This document shows, piece by piece, positions 37,687 through 47,564 of a stretch of DNA of 64,000 nt. The notes under the pieces are model-generated. The model had not been told where the DNA came from. It saw only the letters and a program-made list of their open reading frames with translations, and did no database searches. Position 1 is the stretch's first letter. Each line of letters opens with the position of its first letter. The stretch is from positions 78,374 to 142,373 of the forward strand of contig DUMU01000007.1 of assembly GCA_012839805.1 (NCBI GenBank), read 5' to 3'. Position numbers and translations under genes: made by a program. The stretch is from Bacillota bacterium (GTDB lineage: Bacteria > Bacillota > Limnochordia > Limnochordales > DUMU01).

Positions 37687-37699
37687 GCCAAAAGTTTGT

Positions 37700-37777
37700 G
37701 GTGAGCGTAGCTCAGATGGTTAGAGCGCCAGGTTGTGGCCCTGGAGGTCGTGGGTTCGAGTCCCGTCGCTCACCCCA
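37700..37777 (+). tRNA. tRNA-His (anticodon GTG) with encoded G-1, CCA encoded
   Basis: g-gtgagcg/cgctcac-c acceptor with G-1:C73, anticodon loop ttGTGgc, T-loop ggttcgagtcc. Confidence 0.92.
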
Positions 37778-37964
37778 TTTTGTGCCGCCGGAACCCAGTT
37801 GGTCCGGCGGCCTTGTTCTATGTCTTGGGCGAGTTTTCCCGGGAGAGACAGTTGACGACGCTTTCTCAGGCAGGGAAAATCGACGTAGAGACGGAATTCA
37901 CAAGCTAGCAGCTATTGGGCGCACAAGTTCATCCATTCATCCATCCAGGGTAGGGGGACGGCGG

Positions 37965-39413
37965 ATGTCGGATTTTCGCACGGCGTGGCATGAGCGGCTG
38001 AAGAAAGTAGTCCAACAGGGGATCCGGGCTCGCACGTTTGCGGCCTTCAATGCCAACGTGGACGTCATCGTCCACCTGGACGACGGCGTAGTCCAGCGGC
38101 TGCTACGAGATTCCGGAGTGTCGCTTTCCAGGGTCCGAGCCCGTTCGGCCGAAGCGCTGGAGCGTATCGTCAACCCGGAGGACTTCTTTACCGTGTTGAG
38201 GGACCGGCTCATCGCCGGCAAATCGTTTCATATCACGGTGGACAGCTCCGATCTCTTTACTTGGCTGGACGACCATTTCCAGAACGAGAAGGAGACGATG
38301 GGTGGGCAGGCTGGTATCATCGCCAACCAAATGGCGGAACTGGGGGCGCCGGCGTTGGTCTACACACCGGTACTATCGCCCAAGCAAGCCCGGCTGTTCC
38401 ACCCCGACGTCCGGACTCCTGTAATCTCTGATACTGGAGAACTAGAACTGGTACCGGCTGCAGCAGCCGCTCGAGCCGGCATCGGCACGAAAATCAACTG
38501 GATCCTGGAGTACGGGAAGGGCCTGGTTTTCCATTTCGGCGAGGAGACGGTGACTACGCCTCGAGCCAACCGGGTGATCCTCGCCAGCCGGCCGCGCGAG
38601 GCGGTGATGGGCTTTCCGCCCCAGCTTCGCCCCTTCCTGACCGACCTTGCTGCCTGCATGGACGTGGCGTTCATGGCGGGATACCACTATGCGAGCCACG
38701 AGTTGCCGGATGGACGTTCCTTCGCGGAATACCTGGCCGATAGCGTCGCCGACCTGCGAGCCCTGAAAGCAGGCAACCCCCAGCTCAGGATTCATCTGGA
38801 GTACGTTCCCATGCAGGATCCGGAACTCGAACGCAAAATGCTACTCGGGGTGGGCCGGGAGATCTCGAGCTTTGGCATCAATGAAAACGAGATCCGGCGG
38901 GTGCTGCGGGAGTTCGGGTACGAGGAGGAGGCGCGCCGGGTCGAGGAGGCCGAGTCGGCCTACACCCTGTACCGGGGAGCTCTCGCCCTCGCCGGTGAAT
39001 TGGGACTCGACAGAATCCAAGTTCACAACCTGGGCTACTACGTACTGGTCCTGCGCAAGCCCTATCCTGTGCCGGCCGAAGAGGTACGGAATGCTTGTCT
39101 ATACGGTTCCTGCGTCAACGCGCTGAAGGCCCGGGACGGGGGTTACGTCCGGGGCGATTGTGTCTACCAGGCGGCCGAGATCCCGCTCTCCGATATAGGC
39201 TTTACCAACCTGGAGACGCTGGCCCGGGATCTCGGGCTCTCCGGGCAGGCCCAGGAGGCTTTCCTTGCCCAAGGCATCCTGGAAGAGGAAGACCATATAT
39301 TGGTAGCCGTTCCTGCCCACGTGGTACCCAATCCGGTGAGCACGGTCGGCATGGGCGATACCATCTCCTCGTCCTCATACGCCCGGGAGCTTCAGCCGCT
39401 CCCCGTGTGCTAA
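37965..39413 (+). CDS. ADP-dependent sugar kinase (ADP-dependent phosphofructokinase/glucokinase family, PF04587-like)
   Basis: AAFNANVDVIVHL, MGGQAGIIANQMA and C-terminal PNPVSTVGMGDTISSSSYA closely resemble archaeal ADP-PFK/ADP-GK signatures. ATG at 37965. The ORF-track start (37698) lies inside tRNA-His. Confidence 0.8.
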   Translation: MSDFRTAWHERLKKVVQQGIRARTFAAFNANVDVIVHLDDGVVQRLLRDSGVSLSRVRARSAEALERIVNPEDFFTVLRDRLIAGKSFHITVDSSDLFTWLDDHFQNEKETMGGQAGIIANQMAELGAPALVYTPVLSPKQARLFHPDVRTPVISDTGELELVPAAAAARAGIGTKINWILEYGKGLVFHFGEETVTTPRANRVILASRPREAVMGFPPQLRPFLTDLAACMDVAFMAGYHYASHELPDGRSFAEYLADSVADLRALKAGNPQLRIHLEYVPMQDPELERKMLLGVGREISSFGINENEIRRVLREFGYEEEARRVEEAESAYTLYRGALALAGELGLDRIQVHNLGYYVLVLRKPYPVPAEEVRNACLYGSCVNALKARDGGYVRGDCVYQAAEIPLSDIGFTNLETLARDLGLSGQAQEAFLAQGILEEEDHILVAVPAHVVPNPVSTVGMGDTISSSSYARELQPLPVC

Positions 39414-39491
39414 CCCGACCCGAGCTCCGGTAGAGGGCCGGATAAAGCTGCTCGCCTAGCCGCAGACTAAGCGTCGATCGCCGTCGCCGTC

Positions 39492-39525
39492 CCTGGCGCC
39501 GGCCGGTCCACCGGCCGGCGCCAGG
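39492..39525. other. perfect 15-bp GC-rich hairpin (CCTGGCGCCGGCCGG-tcca-CCGGCCGGCGCCAGG)
   Basis: Read directly. Lies 79 nt after the kinase stop. No U-tract. Confidence 0.6.
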
Positions 39526-39628
39526 CGGTCAGGGTAAACCGGCGGCGATGACGAGCAGGGCGATCCGCTGGTACCGGCCCGGCCGGCCGCCGGCGGTATG
39601 CAGGGACGCCCGGTGGGGAGGAACGAGC

Positions 39629-41125
39629 ATGCCTACCGGCCAGGAGTTCGACGAAACCTACAAAATACTGGTGGTGGCCGCGGAGGCGACACCGTTCGCC
39701 AAGACCGGGGGACTGGGCGATGTGGCGGGGTCGCTGCCGAAGGCGCTTTCCACTTGGGGAAACGACGTCCGGCTGGTGATTCCCCGCTACCGGGGCATCG
39801 ATGATTGGAAGGTGTTGGGGGACTTCCCCGTCTGGGTGAACGGCCGGCGAGAAACGGCGGTGCTGCGCCAGTCCCACCTCCGAGCGCGGCTTGACGACGT
39901 CGAGCGTCTCGTCCCGGTTTACTTCGTTGACAACTATCACTATTTCGACCGCGATCGCTTCTACAACTATGCGGACGATGCCGAACGGTGGGCTTTTTTC
40001 TGCCGGGCGGTATTGGAGATGATCCGGTTTCTCGAATGGCGGCCGGACATCATTCACGGTCATGACTGGCAAACCGGGCCGGTACCGCTCCTACTCAAAA
40101 CCCATTACGTTCACGATCCGTTCTACAGCTCGATCGCCACGGTGTTTACGGTTCACAATCTGAAATACCAGGGTAACTTCGGGCGTGAAGCCCTGGGCTT
40201 CCTGGGCCTGGGAGACGAGTTCTTCACCCCCGAACGGGTCGAATTCTACGGCAAGGTGAGTTACCTCAAGGCGGGTCTCGTCTTTGCCGATCTACTCAGC
40301 ACCGTGAGCCGGCGCTACGCCCGGGAGATCCAGGAATCCGGCAAGGGCTTCGGCCTCGAGGGGGTGCTGGCCCAAAGAGGACAGGAGCTCTTCGGTATTC
40401 CCCACGGTCTGAACTACCACGAGTTCAACCCTGCTACCGATCCGCGTCTTCACCACAATTACACCTTAGCCAATGCCATCCAGGGGAAACGGGCCGGCAA
40501 GCAGGCCCTGCAAAAGGAGTTGGGGTTGCCCATCGTGGAGCTGCCCGTGGTGGGGATGGTCACCCGTTTCGAGAGTGACAAGGGGATCGAGCTGCTCCAG
40601 GGGGCGGAGGAACTTCTCCGTGAGGACATCCAGCTCGTCCTGCTTGGGCTAGGCGAACAGCGCTACGAGGCTTGGGCCCGGGACCTGGCCCGGCGGTACC
40701 CCGAACGGGTGGGGCTGCAGATCGGGTTCAACACCGTGCTCGCCCAGCGCATCTATGCGGGAGCGGACATCATGCTCTTCCTCAGCCGGCTCGAGCCGGA
40801 TGGGATGGGGCAGCTGATCGCGCTCCGCTACGGAGCGATTCCCGTCGCTCATGCCACGGGAGGCTTCGCCGACACCATCATGGATTACGACGGTCAGGCC
40901 GGCACGGGTACGGGATTCCTTTTCTCTCCTTATGAACCGGCGGCCCTGCTCCAGGCGGTCCGGCGGGCGCTGGGGGTCTACCACAACGCCGAACGCTGGC
41001 GGCTCCTGGTGGAGGCGGCCATGCGGAGTGATTTTTCGTGGAACCGGGTGGCCGGAGAATACATGGGGCTCTACCACCTTGCCGAGCAGAAGATGCGCCA
41101 GCGGGAGCTGGTCGCGGTGGTTTGA
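39629..41125 (+). CDS. glgA: glycogen synthase GlgA (ADP-glucose type)
   Basis: ILVVAAEATPFAKTGGLGDVAGSLPKAL, HGHDWQTG, PSRLEPDGMGQL-type block (LSRLEPDGMGQLIALRYG). ATG at 39629 after ggggaggaa. Confidence 0.9.
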   Translation: MPTGQEFDETYKILVVAAEATPFAKTGGLGDVAGSLPKALSTWGNDVRLVIPRYRGIDDWKVLGDFPVWVNGRRETAVLRQSHLRARLDDVERLVPVYFVDNYHYFDRDRFYNYADDAERWAFFCRAVLEMIRFLEWRPDIIHGHDWQTGPVPLLLKTHYVHDPFYSSIATVFTVHNLKYQGNFGREALGFLGLGDEFFTPERVEFYGKVSYLKAGLVFADLLSTVSRRYAREIQESGKGFGLEGVLAQRGQELFGIPHGLNYHEFNPATDPRLHHNYTLANAIQGKRAGKQALQKELGLPIVELPVVGMVTRFESDKGIELLQGAEELLREDIQLVLLGLGEQRYEAWARDLARRYPERVGLQIGFNTVLAQRIYAGADIMLFLSRLEPDGMGQLIALRYGAIPVAHATGGFADTIMDYDGQAGTGTGFLFSPYEPAALLQAVRRALGVYHNAERWRLLVEAAMRSDFSWNRVAGEYMGLYHLAEQKMRQRELVAVV

Positions 41126-41151
41126 CGGTCCGGCGGGTGCTGTGCTATATT
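41122..41151 (+). promoter_or_regulatory. sigma-70-type promoter for tRNA-Lys/tRNA-Leu
   Basis: TTGACG (41122-41127), 18-nt spacer, TATATT (41146-41151), 14 nt before the tRNA-Lys 5' end. The -35 element overlaps the glgA stop. Confidence 0.55.
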
Positions 41152-41165
41152 TACAAAGGACTTGA

Positions 41166-41241
41166 GAGCCGGTAGCTCAGCAGGTAGAGCAGCGGACTTT
41201 TAATCCGCGGGTCGAGGGTTCGAGTCCCTCTCGGCTCACCA
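41166..41241 (+). tRNA. tRNA-Lys (anticodon TTT), CCA encoded
   Basis: Acceptor gagccgg/tcggctc, anticodon stem gcgga/tccgc with loop ctTTTaa, T-loop ggttcgagtcc. Confidence 0.92.
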
Positions 41242-41290
41242 TTTTCTTCTGTTGCCTCAGTGTAGTGTCTGGTTTTTCGACCGGCTTGAC

Positions 41291-41375
41291 GCGAGAGTGA
41301 TGGAACTGGTAGACATCGGCGACTTAGGATCGTCGGCCTTACGGCGTGGGGGTTCGAGTCCCCCCTCTCGCACCA
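41291..41375 (+). tRNA. tRNA-Leu (anticodon TAG), long variable arm, CCA encoded
   Basis: Acceptor gcgagag/ctctcgc, anticodon stem ggcga/tcgtc with loop ctTAGga, variable arm ggccttacggcgt, T-loop ggttcgagtcc. Confidence 0.92.
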
Positions 41376-41386
41376 GGAAATGGGAA

Positions 41387-41415
41387 GGGCAGCCATCCCC
41401 GGCGGATGACTGCCC
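41387..41415 (+). terminator. hairpin after the tRNA pair (possible terminator)
   Basis: GGGCAGCCATCC-ccggc-GGATGACTGCCC (one mismatch), followed by CTTATGCGCTTTAT. Confidence 0.4.
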
Positions 41416-41529
41416 CTTATGCGCTTTATCTATGCCGGTCTGGCTTTCTCTACGCCGGCCGGCCGGATAAGCACGAGAGCGGGCGGCACGGAGAGCCGGG
41501 ACGGCGAGCAGGGAGGAGAAATACGGGGA

Positions 41530-42945
41530 ATGAAGGCATCGGTCGAGAAGCGGGATAAGAACGTAGTAGCGTTGACGGTGGAGGTTCCGGCCGAAGAGGT
41601 CGAGCAGGCCGTAGAGCGAGCTTACCGGCGGCTCCTTCCCAGGCTCAGGATCCCTGGTTTCCGTCCCGGCAAGGCACCGCGCTCGGTAGTAGAGGCGCGT
41701 CTCGGTCGCGAGTACCTCCTGAACGAAGCGGTGGAAGACATGGTTCCCCGGGCGTACGAGTCGGCGGTCAGGGAATACGCCCTCGAGCCCGTGGAACGGC
41801 CCCGGATCAAGCTGACCCAGGCCGAGCCCGGAAAACCCTTGATCTTCGAGGCTCAAGTGACCGTTACTCCCGAAGTGGAACTGGGGGAGTACCGCGGTCT
41901 GGAGGTGGAGCGGCCGGTCAGGGCGGTGACCGAGGCCGACGTCGAGCGGGTGCTGGACTCCCTGCAGGAACGGGCAGCCCAGCTGGTGGTGGTGGAGCGG
42001 CCGGTGCAAGCAGGCGATTTCGCCACCATCGACTTTGCCGGGCTCCTTGAGGGCAAGCCCTTCCGGGGAGGGGCGGCCAGCGATTACGTACTGGAGGTGG
42101 GCAGGGGGGCCTTTCCGGCGGACTTCGAGAATGCCTTGATCGGGATGAAGGCGGGGGAGACCAGGACGGTCCCGGTTCGCTTCCCCGACCAGTACAGCAA
42201 CCCCGAGCTGGCCGGGAAGGAAGTGCAGTTCACCGTGACGGTGAAGGCGGTTCGGGAAAAGCGAGTGCCTCCCCGGGATGATGAGTTGGCCCGGACGGTG
42301 GGGGAGTTCGAAACTTTAGAACAACTTCGCCAGGATATCCGTCAGAGGTTGGAGCAGCAGGCGGAGGCAGAGGCGGAAGAGAAAGTGAGGGAAGCTCTTG
42401 TCCGTCGCGTTACCTCTGAAGCCCGGGTGGAGATTCCCCAGGTCATGATCGACCGGGGCATCGACCGTATGTTGCGCCGCTTCGAGGAAAGCCTGGCCTA
42501 CCGCGGGATGACCCTGGAACGATATCTGGACGTGGCCGGCAAGACTCTGGAACAGCTGCGATCCGAGCTTGCCCCCAGCGCGACCGAGATGGTCAAAAGC
42601 GAGCTTTGCCTGGCTGCCATCGCCCGGCGGGAGGGGTTGACCGCTACCGAGGAAGAGGTCAGGGAAGAAGTGGAAAGGCGGGTCGGCCTGGCCCGGGATG
42701 AGAAAGAAGCGAAGGAGTTGCGGGAGCTCTGGGAAGGAGAAGCGGGCAAGGAGTTGATCCGGGAAACGATAGAAGAGCGGAAGGCGATAAGGTTTCTGCG
42801 AGACCAGGCCCGGGTCAATACGGTCATCGTGGCCGAACCGGAGCCGGCCGCCGAACCGGGCAAGGAGGGTGAAGAGGCTCCTCGCGCCCCCCAAGCCGGG
42901 TCACCTGCGAGGGAGGCCTCCGGTGAGCAGGACGCCTCCGGGTGA
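41530..42945 (+). CDS. tig: trigger factor
   Basis: MKASVEKRDKNVVALTVEVPAEEV..., LRIPGFRPGKAPRSVVE, FKBP-like middle domain. Acidic/Pro-rich C-terminal tail. ATG at 41530 after gggaggag. Confidence 0.92.
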   Translation: MKASVEKRDKNVVALTVEVPAEEVEQAVERAYRRLLPRLRIPGFRPGKAPRSVVEARLGREYLLNEAVEDMVPRAYESAVREYALEPVERPRIKLTQAEPGKPLIFEAQVTVTPEVELGEYRGLEVERPVRAVTEADVERVLDSLQERAAQLVVVERPVQAGDFATIDFAGLLEGKPFRGGAASDYVLEVGRGAFPADFENALIGMKAGETRTVPVRFPDQYSNPELAGKEVQFTVTVKAVREKRVPPRDDELARTVGEFETLEQLRQDIRQRLEQQAEAEAEEKVREALVRRVTSEARVEIPQVMIDRGIDRMLRRFEESLAYRGMTLERYLDVAGKTLEQLRSELAPSATEMVKSELCLAAIARREGLTATEEEVREEVERRVGLARDEKEAKELRELWEGEAGKELIRETIEERKAIRFLRDQARVNTVIVAEPEPAAEPGKEGEEAPRAPQAGSPAREASGEQDASG

Positions 42946-43016
42946 TCGAGTAAGGTACGAAACAGTGGCAGGCCAGCTGGCAGCGCTCATATTCTGCAGG
43001 GAAGGCGGGATTTTGG

Positions 43017-43622
43017 GTGAGCATCTACGTTCCAATGGTAGTGGAGCAGTCGGCCCGGGGGGAGCGGGCGTACGACATTTATTCTCGTCTCCTCAAAGAC
43101 CGTATCGTTTTTATCGGCGGTCCCATCGACGACCATGTGGCCAATCTGGTCATTGCCCAGCTGCTTTTCCTGGAGTCGGAGGATCCGGACAAGGACATCA
43201 ACCTGTATATCAACAGCCCGGGCGGAGAAGTCTATTCAGGACTCGCGATCTACGACACGATCCAGTACATCCGCCCGGACGTATCGACCATCTGTGTGGG
43301 TCTCGCGGCCAGCATGGGCGCCCTGCTCCTCGCCGCGGGGGCCAAGGGGAAACGGTATGCTCTTCCCTATAGCCGCATCATGATCCACCAACCACTGGGA
43401 GGTGTGCGGGGACAGGCGACCGAGATCGAGATCGAGGCCCGGGAGATCCTAAGGGTGAAGAACACTCTCAACGAGATCCTGGTCAAGCATACCGGGCAGC
43501 CCCTGGAGAAGGTGGAGCGGGACACCGACCGCAATTTCTATATGTCGGCGCAGGAGGCGTTGGAGTACCGGTTGATCGATGACATACTGACACCCGGTTC
43601 CCGGAAACAGGAGGGGAAGTAG
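43017..43622 (+). CDS. clpP: ATP-dependent Clp protease proteolytic subunit ClpP
   Basis: [36 protein letters not shown] (Ser), MIHQP (His). GTG start. Confidence 0.95.
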   Translation: MSIYVPMVVEQSARGERAYDIYSRLLKDRIVFIGGPIDDHVANLVIAQLLFLESEDPDKDINLYINSPGGEVYSGLAIYDTIQYIRPDVSTICVGLAASMGALLLAAGAKGKRYALPYSRIMIHQPLGGVRGQATEIEIEAREILRVKNTLNEILVKHTGQPLEKVERDTDRNFYMSAQEALEYRLIDDILTPGSRKQEGK

Positions 43623-44905
43623 TGTTCAAATTCGGCGACGAAAAGTCCACTCAGCTCAAGTGCTCTTTCTGCGGCAAGCCCCAAGAGCAGGTCAAGAAGC
43701 TCATCGCCGGTCCAGGGGTGTTCATCTGTGACGAGTGCATCGAGCTTTGCAACGAAATCATCGAGGAGGAGCTGAGCGACGAGACCGAGGTAGACCTGGG
43801 GAGCCTGCCCAAGCCCCAGGAGATCAAGGCGATACTGGATCAGTATGTCATTGGCCAGGAGCAGGCCAAGAAGGTCCTCTCCGTCGCCGTCTACAATCAC
43901 TACAAGCGCATCAACTCCGGGAATCGCATAGATGACGTGGAACTCCAAAAGAGCAACATCCTTCTGCTCGGGCCGACCGGTTCGGGGAAGACCCTGCTTG
44001 CCCAAACCCTGGCCAAGATCCTGAATGTTCCGTTCGCCATCGCGGATGCGACTTCTTTGACGGAAGCGGGGTACGTCGGCGAAGACGTAGAGAATATCCT
44101 CTTGCGTCTGATCCAAAACGCGGATTACGACGTGGAGAAGGCCGAACGGGGCATCGTCTACATCGACGAGATCGACAAGATCGCCCGCAAAAGCGAGAAC
44201 CCGTCGATTACCCGGGACGTATCGGGGGAGGGCGTGCAGCAAGCCCTGCTCAAGATCCTGGAGGGCACGATAGCCAGCGTCCCGCCCCAGGGCGGACGCA
44301 AGCACCCCCACCAGGAGTTCATCCAGATCGATACCACCAACATCCTCTTCATCTGTGGCGGCGCTTTCGAAGGGCTCGACAAGATCATCGAAAACCGGGT
44401 GAGCCAGAAAGCCATCGGTTTCGGAGCCGACATCCGTCCCCGGGCCGAACGGCAGGTGGGCGAATTGCTCCGCCAGGTGATGCCGCAGGATCTCCTCAAG
44501 TTCGGGATGATTCCCGAGTTTGTAGGGCGGGTCCCGATCGTGGTGGCCCTCGACGCCCTGGACGAGGACGCGCTGGTTCGCATCCTGATCGAGCCCAAGA
44601 ATGCCCTGGTTCGCCAGTACCAGAAGCTCCTCCAGCTGGACAACGTGGAGCTCGAGGTGACGGAGGATGCCCTCCGGGCCATTGCCCGCAAGGCGCTGGC
44701 GCGCCGGACGGGGGCCCGGGGACTGCGCGCCATCCTGGAAGAAGTGATGCTCGACGTGATGTTCGAGGTCCCTTCGAGCAAGGATGTAAAAAAGTGCGTC
44801 ATCACTCCCGAGTGTATCGAAGGCCTCGAGCCACCGCGGCTGATCAAGGTGGAGGACCGCAAGCGGGAGCCCACTCCGTCCCGAGAACAGCCGGCCACCG
44901 CCTGA
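43622..44905 (+). CDS. clpX: ATP-dependent Clp protease ATP-binding subunit ClpX
   Basis: Zinc ribbon CSFCGK...CDECIELC, Walker [21 protein letters not shown] overlaps the clpP stop. Confidence 0.95.
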   Translation: MFKFGDEKSTQLKCSFCGKPQEQVKKLIAGPGVFICDECIELCNEIIEEELSDETEVDLGSLPKPQEIKAILDQYVIGQEQAKKVLSVAVYNHYKRINSGNRIDDVELQKSNILLLGPTGSGKTLLAQTLAKILNVPFAIADATSLTEAGYVGEDVENILLRLIQNADYDVEKAERGIVYIDEIDKIARKSENPSITRDVSGEGVQQALLKILEGTIASVPPQGGRKHPHQEFIQIDTTNILFICGGAFEGLDKIIENRVSQKAIGFGADIRPRAERQVGELLRQVMPQDLLKFGMIPEFVGRVPIVVALDALDEDALVRILIEPKNALVRQYQKLLQLDNVELEVTEDALRAIARKALARRTGARGLRAILEEVMLDVMFEVPSSKDVKKCVITPECIEGLEPPRLIKVEDRKREPTPSREQPATA

Positions 44906-44922
44906 GCCTCGATTCCGGGTAT

Positions 44923-44972
44923 GCGCCTCCTCGGCCGCAGGAAAAGCTACGGTCGAGGAGGCGCTTTTCTTT
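44923..44972 (+). terminator. rho-independent terminator after clpX
   Basis: GCGCCTCCTCG...CGAGGAGGCGC stem followed by TTTTCTTT. Confidence 0.75.
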
Positions 44973-45072
44973 GGCGGCGAAAACGGAAGTTGGGGTCTCC
45001 GCCCCTTCGGAGGCCGAAATCGGCAGATACCTTCGACCGGCAGGGCTCAAGTTCAGCGGCTTTTTGGCCCTC

Positions 45073-45717
45073 ATGGGCTGGGTCCTGGTGGCCGTAGCCA
45101 CGGCCCTTCATCCTCGGGAGGCCGCTTTTGGCAGCGGCACGCAGGCACTGCGCGACATCACAGGAAACCCGCGCTGGATCCCCATCCACCTTCTGCTCGC
45201 CCTGGGGTTTACCTTGCTCGTCCCGGCGTTCAGCCATTTCGAAAGCCGGTTGGCTTACCCGGGTACTCCTGCTCGCACCCACGCCTTGTCCCGGCTCGGT
45301 GCCCAGCTGTTTCGAGCCTCGCTCCCCCTTTGGTTGATGGTCGCGAGCTGGGAGATCGCCATCCTCACCGCCATGGCGAGCGCGCCCGGAACGGTCATCG
45401 ACGTCTCCCCGCTGTGGGTGGCCCTGGTTCGCGGCCTGCGGAATTTCTCGCTCCTGCTCGGGTACGTGGCGGCCTTCCTCATGTGGGGTACCCTCGTCTC
45501 GTGGGGCGTGGCCGGGAGAATCACGGGGAGCTTGTCGCGCCCCTTCTCCATCTGGGCGGTGGTGGGCGGAATCCTGGGCTGGGTGGGCTTGCCGGTCGGA
45601 GCCCTGGTTTCCGCACGCTGGGGTATATGGGCGCTGGCGGCAACGAGCGTGGTGGGAGCCATCTGGATCCCGGTGGCGGCCTGGAGCATGTTCGTGGGGG
45701 AGAGTGAACCGTCGTGA
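45073..45717 (+). CDS. hypothetical polytopic membrane protein
   Basis: Downstream part of ORF 44794..45717, whose 5' part overlaps clpX and the terminator. Several hydrophobic helices. Start unclear (ATG at 45073, TTG at 45064 or 44971) and no clear SD. Stop overlaps the lonB GTG. Confidence 0.45.
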   Translation: MGWVLVAVATALHPREAAFGSGTQALRDITGNPRWIPIHLLLALGFTLLVPAFSHFESRLAYPGTPARTHALSRLGAQLFRASLPLWLMVASWEIAILTAMASAPGTVIDVSPLWVALVRGLRNFSLLLGYVAAFLMWGTLVSWGVAGRITGSLSRPFSIWAVVGGILGWVGLPVGALVSARWGIWALAATSVVGAIWIPVAAWSMFVGESEPS

Positions 45718-47357
45718 GCCCGGCGGGCCTCCTTACGCTGCTCAACCTCATCTTCATGCTGGTGGTGGGCAGTTACTTTTGGAGCATGATGCGTACCCAG
45801 CAAACCAACCGCAGTGTCATCGAGCGGGAGTCCCGCAAAGAGCTGGAAAAGCTCAAGCGGATGCGGGCCATATCCCTGACCGAACCCCTTTCGGAACGGG
45901 CCCGTCCCCGGGATCTCGGCGAACTGATCGGCCAGGAGGAAGGGCTCAAGGCCCTCCGGGCGGCCCTGTGCGGGCCCAACCCCCAGCACGTGATCATCTA
46001 CGGTCCTCCCGGGGTAGGGAAGACGGCCGCGGCCCGGATCATCCTGGAGGAGGCCAAGAAGCACCCCCTTTCGCCTTTCCGCCCGTCCGCGGTCTTCGTG
46101 GAGATGGACGGGGCGACGGCCCGTTTCGACGACCGCGGCATCGCCGACCCTCTCATCGGCTCGGTCCACGACCCCATCTACCAGGGCGCGGGAGCACTGG
46201 GGGTGGCCGGGATTCCCCAACCCAAGCCGGGCGCGGTCACCAAAGCCCACGGGGGTATTCTCTTCATCGACGAGATTGGGGAGTTACATCCCATTCAGAT
46301 GAATAAGCTCCTCAAAGTCCTGGAAGACCGGAAAGTGCTGCTCGAAAGCGCTTATTACAGTTCGGAAGATCCTAACATTCCCCCCCACATCCATGACATC
46401 TTCCAAAATGGCCTCCCGGCCGATTTCCGCCTGGTGGGAGCAACCACCCGGCTGCCGGAGGAGATACCGGCGGCTATTCGTTCACGATGTGTAGAGGTGT
46501 TCTTCCGGGCGCTCACGCCGGAGGAGGTGGAGACCATCGCCCGGCAGGCCGCTACCCGGGTTGGTCTAAAGCTGCAGGAGGAGGCGGCCGGGGTAATACG
46601 TGCTCACGCGCAAAACGGCCGGGATGCGGTGAACATGGTTCAGCTGGCCGGAGGGCTGGCGGCGGTGGAAAAGCGTAGCGAGATAACCCGGGCCGACGTG
46701 GAATGGGTGGTGGAAAGCGGCCAGTACACGCGCCGGGTGGACGCCCGTCTTACCGGTGAACCGAGAGTCGGGCTCGCCTACGGGTTGGGGGTGGCCGGTC
46801 CCGGGATCGGGCTGGTCATGGAAATCGAGGCGGTGGCGAGCCGCTCCGAGAAGCCCGGGGCGGGGCGCCTGCGCCTGACCGGCGTCGTCGAGGAAGAAGA
46901 GGTTAACGGCCTCGGCAAGACGGTACGCCGCAAGTCGCTGGTACGGGGATCGGTGGACAACGTGCTCGCCGTGCTCCGTCATCATCTCGGGCTTCCTGTC
47001 TATGACTACGACATCGACATCAACTTCCCGGGCGGGGCGGCCGTGGATGGACCCTCGGCCGGGGTGACCCTGGCCACGGCGGTGGCCAGCGCGATTCTGG
47101 GCCGGGCCGTGGCGGGGGATATCGCTATGACCGGCGAGGTGTCGCTGCTCGGGGACGTGCGCCCCGTGGGAGGCATCATCCCCAAGATCGAAGCGGCAGT
47201 ACGGGCCGGTGCTCGCCGGATCGTGGTTCCCGAAGGGAACTGGCACGAGCGGCTGCGCGATCGGAAGGAAACCCAGGTGATACCCGTGCGACGACTGGGG
47301 GAAGTACTCGAGCTAGCGCTAGAACCGGTGGTAGCCGGGCGGTCTTGGCACGGGTAG
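45714..47357 (+). CDS. lonB: LonB-type ATP-dependent protease (sporulation protease LonB-like), N-terminal TM helix
   Basis: TM LLTLLNLIFMLVVGSYFW, Walker [14 protein letters not shown], Lon protease domain DGPSAGVTLATAV...GEVSLLGDVRPVGG. Position between clpX and lon as in Bacillus. Confidence 0.85.
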   Translation: MSPAGLLTLLNLIFMLVVGSYFWSMMRTQQTNRSVIERESRKELEKLKRMRAISLTEPLSERARPRDLGELIGQEEGLKALRAALCGPNPQHVIIYGPPGVGKTAAARIILEEAKKHPLSPFRPSAVFVEMDGATARFDDRGIADPLIGSVHDPIYQGAGALGVAGIPQPKPGAVTKAHGGILFIDEIGELHPIQMNKLLKVLEDRKVLLESAYYSSEDPNIPPHIHDIFQNGLPADFRLVGATTRLPEEIPAAIRSRCVEVFFRALTPEEVETIARQAATRVGLKLQEEAAGVIRAHAQNGRDAVNMVQLAGGLAAVEKRSEITRADVEWVVESGQYTRRVDARLTGEPRVGLAYGLGVAGPGIGLVMEIEAVASRSEKPGAGRLRLTGVVEEEEVNGLGKTVRRKSLVRGSVDNVLAVLRHHLGLPVYDYDIDINFPGGAAVDGPSAGVTLATAVASAILGRAVAGDIAMTGEVSLLGDVRPVGGIIPKIEAAVRAGARRIVVPEGNWHERLRDRKETQVIPVRRLGEVLELALEPVVAGRSWHG

Positions 47358-47389
47358 CGCCGGCAAGTCATCTTCTGCTCAAGGGCGGC

Positions 47390-47418
47390 TTGACTTCCAT
47401 CTCCGGCCGGCCTAAGCT
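47390..47418 (+). promoter_or_regulatory. candidate promoter for lon
   Basis: TTGACT, 17-nt spacer, TAAGCT. Would give a ~140-nt leader. Confidence 0.35.
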
Positions 47419-47564
47419 TGAGTTCAGTTTGGCACACGCGAACGACCTTTAGTCCTTTTCCCGGTTCTATCTTAACCTGCCTGCACTTACCGAGAGGAGA
47501 AAACCCAGCTCCTGCGAATAGGCCTTTTATCCGCGTGTGGCGAGAAACAGAAGGAGCAGTGGTC

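Noticed and set aside
37698-37964. N-terminal 89 codons of ORF 37698..39413.
   Set aside because: The ORF starts inside tRNA-His. The kinase family N-terminus and an SD fit the ATG at 37965.
42946-43016. I looked for CtsR (GGTCAAA repeats) or CIRCE (TTAGCACTC-N9-GAGTGCTAA) operators upstream of clpP, and also upstream of lon (47358-47564).
   Set aside because: No match was found in either region. TGGCAC at 47430-47435 is not followed by a TTGC element at the sigma-54 spacing.
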